Part shown: positions 61,108 through 64,000 of the stretch, one piece after another
Layout: every line of letters begins with the position of its first letter
Numbering within the stretch: position 1 is the stretch's first letter
Source of the DNA: Macrostomum hystrix
Taxonomy: Eukaryota > Animalia > Platyhelminthes
DNA: 64,000 nucleotides
Direction: 5' to 3'
NCBI GenBank assembly: GCA_950097015.1
Contig: CATNEN010000029.1
Location: 7,936,001-8,000,000 of the forward strand
Position numbers and translations under genes: made by a program
Notes under the pieces: generated by a model
Database searches by the model: none
Told to the model about the DNA's origin: nothing
What the model saw: only the letters and a program-made list of their open reading frames with translations

Positions 61108-64000
61108 TTTAGTCAGTATTTTTACTCGGTTGTTTGACTGATTAGCACTAATTTTTTGCTGCTTAATAAAGTGCCAAACTAGGCTTGATCTCTGCTTGAA
61201 AGCTGACTGGCTGGCGCTAAATCAACAGGGCTAAAAACCAAAGGCACACAAATTAATCTACATCTGGATCAAATTGATTTTTCTATTATATGCTTAAATA
61301 AAATGCTAAAATAATTTGCTGTGGAAAATTTATAATATTAGAGCAATGAAAGGAACAATTAGAAACCTGGTTTCTAAACTGCAATAAATGGATCAAATAT
61401 AGATAATTAAAGAGCTAGTCTTTGCTCTGTGCATATATGCAGTAAGCTGTAAGCTATCTTACAAACACTGAAGAATTATTCATAAATATAAAATGTGAGT
61501 TAAATATTCAATAAAATAGCCTTTTTAGAAAACTGTTAATCAAAGAGAAAATCATTAAAGATAAATATAATAATGATGCTAAATATTTATGCTCCTATTT
61601 TACAATGAAATAATCACAAAATAATTTTAGTGAAGAAACAAATGATAGCATTAAAACTCTTACTGGCCCACTTAATGAGGTTTGTTCAGTTTGCACAGAG
61701 TGGCATTCCTAGGCAGCAATTGCAGGTACCATTTTCTAAAGCATGTACATGAAGCCACACATTGTAATTTAATTGATAGACAAATTAAATAAAAATTTTA
61801 CTACCTATTTCATACTGCCAGAATTTTGGACAGTTTGAATACTAGATAGATATAAAAACTAGTTAACATGATGATGCCAATAATGGTGCTTTACTTAGGA
61901 TATAGACAAAAAAGAAGGCAGTGGTAATTACTGTTATTCCAACTAAGAGAAGTCCACCGCCTGTCTGTTAAATCTACATGGTGATGGTAGTAGGTGTAGG
62001 CTCTATTCCTCTAACTTAAAGGATTTGAAGTAATTAAAGGAAGTAGTCAATCTGCAATGATATCATGGTAAAATCATCCCCTAAACACAGAAAAAAGTAG
62101 AGTTCTCTAAAAAGTGAGTTAACTAAAATTACCTATATCCATACCTGTATCTGTATCTGTATCTGTAATTGTATCTGTATTGCCAAAATTCTCCCTAAGC
62201 CTATACTTGTACATATATGTAACTAAAAACACTGTAAGTTACTGTAACATTAGTATTATCTTTGTATTTTGATATTCATAGAAAGTGGAAGCCAAATGAT
62301 CAATGGGGTACTGAAATTACAAATCCAGGAAGACAGTAGCCAATGAGAATTTGAGCCTTTTTTGAGACTCAACAGGTTTTGGTTTAAAACCTCTCCTCAC
62401 TTTGGCATTGAAATCTTGATAGCTTGAGTCCCCAATGCCACAGCAGGGAATTAAGAGTTTCCAGTGTAGGCAGTCTAAAGAAGTGCATTTGTTATCAATC
62501 CAATGAGATCTTGTCTATCTACACGCCACCAACAGTTAACAGACTATGGAAACCATACCCCACAATTTGTATGACATCTTACACCTTGAAATCTCTGAAG
62601 GGCTTGAGTTCCCAACACCGAGGAATTAAGAGTTCCCATTGTAGGCAGTCTGAAGTATCTTCACAAATCCTCTTTGTCATTTGCTCCCATTAGGCTTTTT
62701 TCTTGTTATAGCTAGAGATTGAACAAATCCAAGATTTTTCCACATCTGAATACCAAATAGATATAGACTAGATATAATACAGTCATGAGAATGAAATGCT
62801 CTAATAATTTTTTCACCTAACAATTTATAACTCCTACAAAAAGTGTCCCACAGATAGCATTTTTTGCTAGCAGCCAATTAGAGTTGGGGTCAGGTGGAGC
62901 AGAGCAGACACCTACTGTGACTTTGGCAGGATATAGTCTCAGCACTTTCAATATTCTGTTATCAGAAAGCAAAGGCACAACTGGCACATTGCTGGCATGA
63001 ACTGCTAAGCATAGATTGCTGCAGCAAAAACACTTTACCTAATGACAGATTGCTTTGCAAATAGTAACTAACATTCTTGGCTTATTTGCATATTAGATGT
63101 TGTATCAGCACATTGATAAAATCACACCTTAAAGACCACATGAATTTTGGTAGTCTGGACAAAAGTTATAGATATGGATATGGTTAATGTAACTTCTGTT
63201 TCTGGCATCTAGTTTCTGTATCTTGAGTTCACAAATGTACTTTGCACTAAAGTGGGGAAAACAGTGTAAAGACAAAAGAGACAAAGAAAAAATAGAAATA
63301 GATAAAGAAATAGGCACCAAAATTATATAAACTTAAGCCCCTATAACTTCAAGGCTACACATGTTTATGGGGATATTTGGATTTCGATTGTGGTCGAAAT
63401 GCATTGGCAAAATTCTAAGAAAATTTAAATGTTGATTCTGAGTTTTCTCTATTTAATTGTTGTCAAGCGAGCTACTCTACCTGAATTTTGTCCAAAAATC
63501 TGTGCATTGATAACTTCCCACATCCTATTCTAAAATAGCCATATCCATTGCTATGGCAGAACTCTAGAAGAAAAAAAAGAATCTCAAAGCATGCAGCTAG
63601 GGCTATCAGCTTCCCATGCATGGCGTGCAGCAAATATAGGGGTCAAAATATTTCCACATGGCACACCAAGGAGACTATGGATTCTGTTGTGCCTATCTGA
63701 AAATAATATCTAGAAGCCATCCATACAAAATTATATACATTTTTGTTTGTGTTCTACAATCAACATTCAGTTTCTATCTAAATATATTGCTTTTATAGAA
63801 ATGATAATAAATTAATAGCTAAATAGTGTCAAATTTAGTATTTTTACATGGATGACATAGTTGCCACTGGCAAGCAATGAAATATTAGTGCTGGATGAAA
63901 AACTTAGCGCAGCATTAGATAAATTTGTTTAAAACTTGAATAAACGGTAAAATTCATAAGCAGTAGGGCCTAACCACAAGTCCACAAAGCCCAGAGTTAT

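Noticed and set aside
62421-62655. Degenerate duplication of about 55 bp (gcttgagt..ccaa...ggaattaagagtt.cca.tgtaggcagtct)
   Set aside because: Only two diverged copies with no further structure; likely an old local duplication.

Overview
Eukaryotic (metazoan, probably flatworm; Macrostomum-like by gene content, SINE style and minisatellite load, which is an inference) genomic window. Three protein-coding genes are supported, all on the minus strand: a complete 3-exon innexin ('innexin A', 17424-7691, 398 aa), the first coding exon of a second tandem innexin ('innexin B', 2333-2177, continuing off the left edge), and a complete 4-exon Hippo/MST1-2 kinase (61107-57473, 504 aa, kinase + TM-motif linker + SARAH). 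The ~40 kb between innexin A and hippo has no recognisable intact gene and is packed with unrelated minisatellites (roughly a quarter of the window by eye), two tRNA-derived SINE families, an hAT-type MITE and a decayed RTE-like RT fragment. The most interesting signal is a chain of small minus-strand exons (23975-24136, 16683-16693, 13526-13584, 9525-9542, 9294-9356). Four of them lie inside the introns of innexin A, and the chain splices in one continuous open frame into the Gly/His-rich 5' extension of innexin B. The most upstream exon carries three tandem RFX X-boxes. This suggests an interleaved two-innexin locus that makes a long-N-terminus innexin from an RFX-controlled promoter. It is predicted from splice signals and reading frame only and needs RNA evidence.
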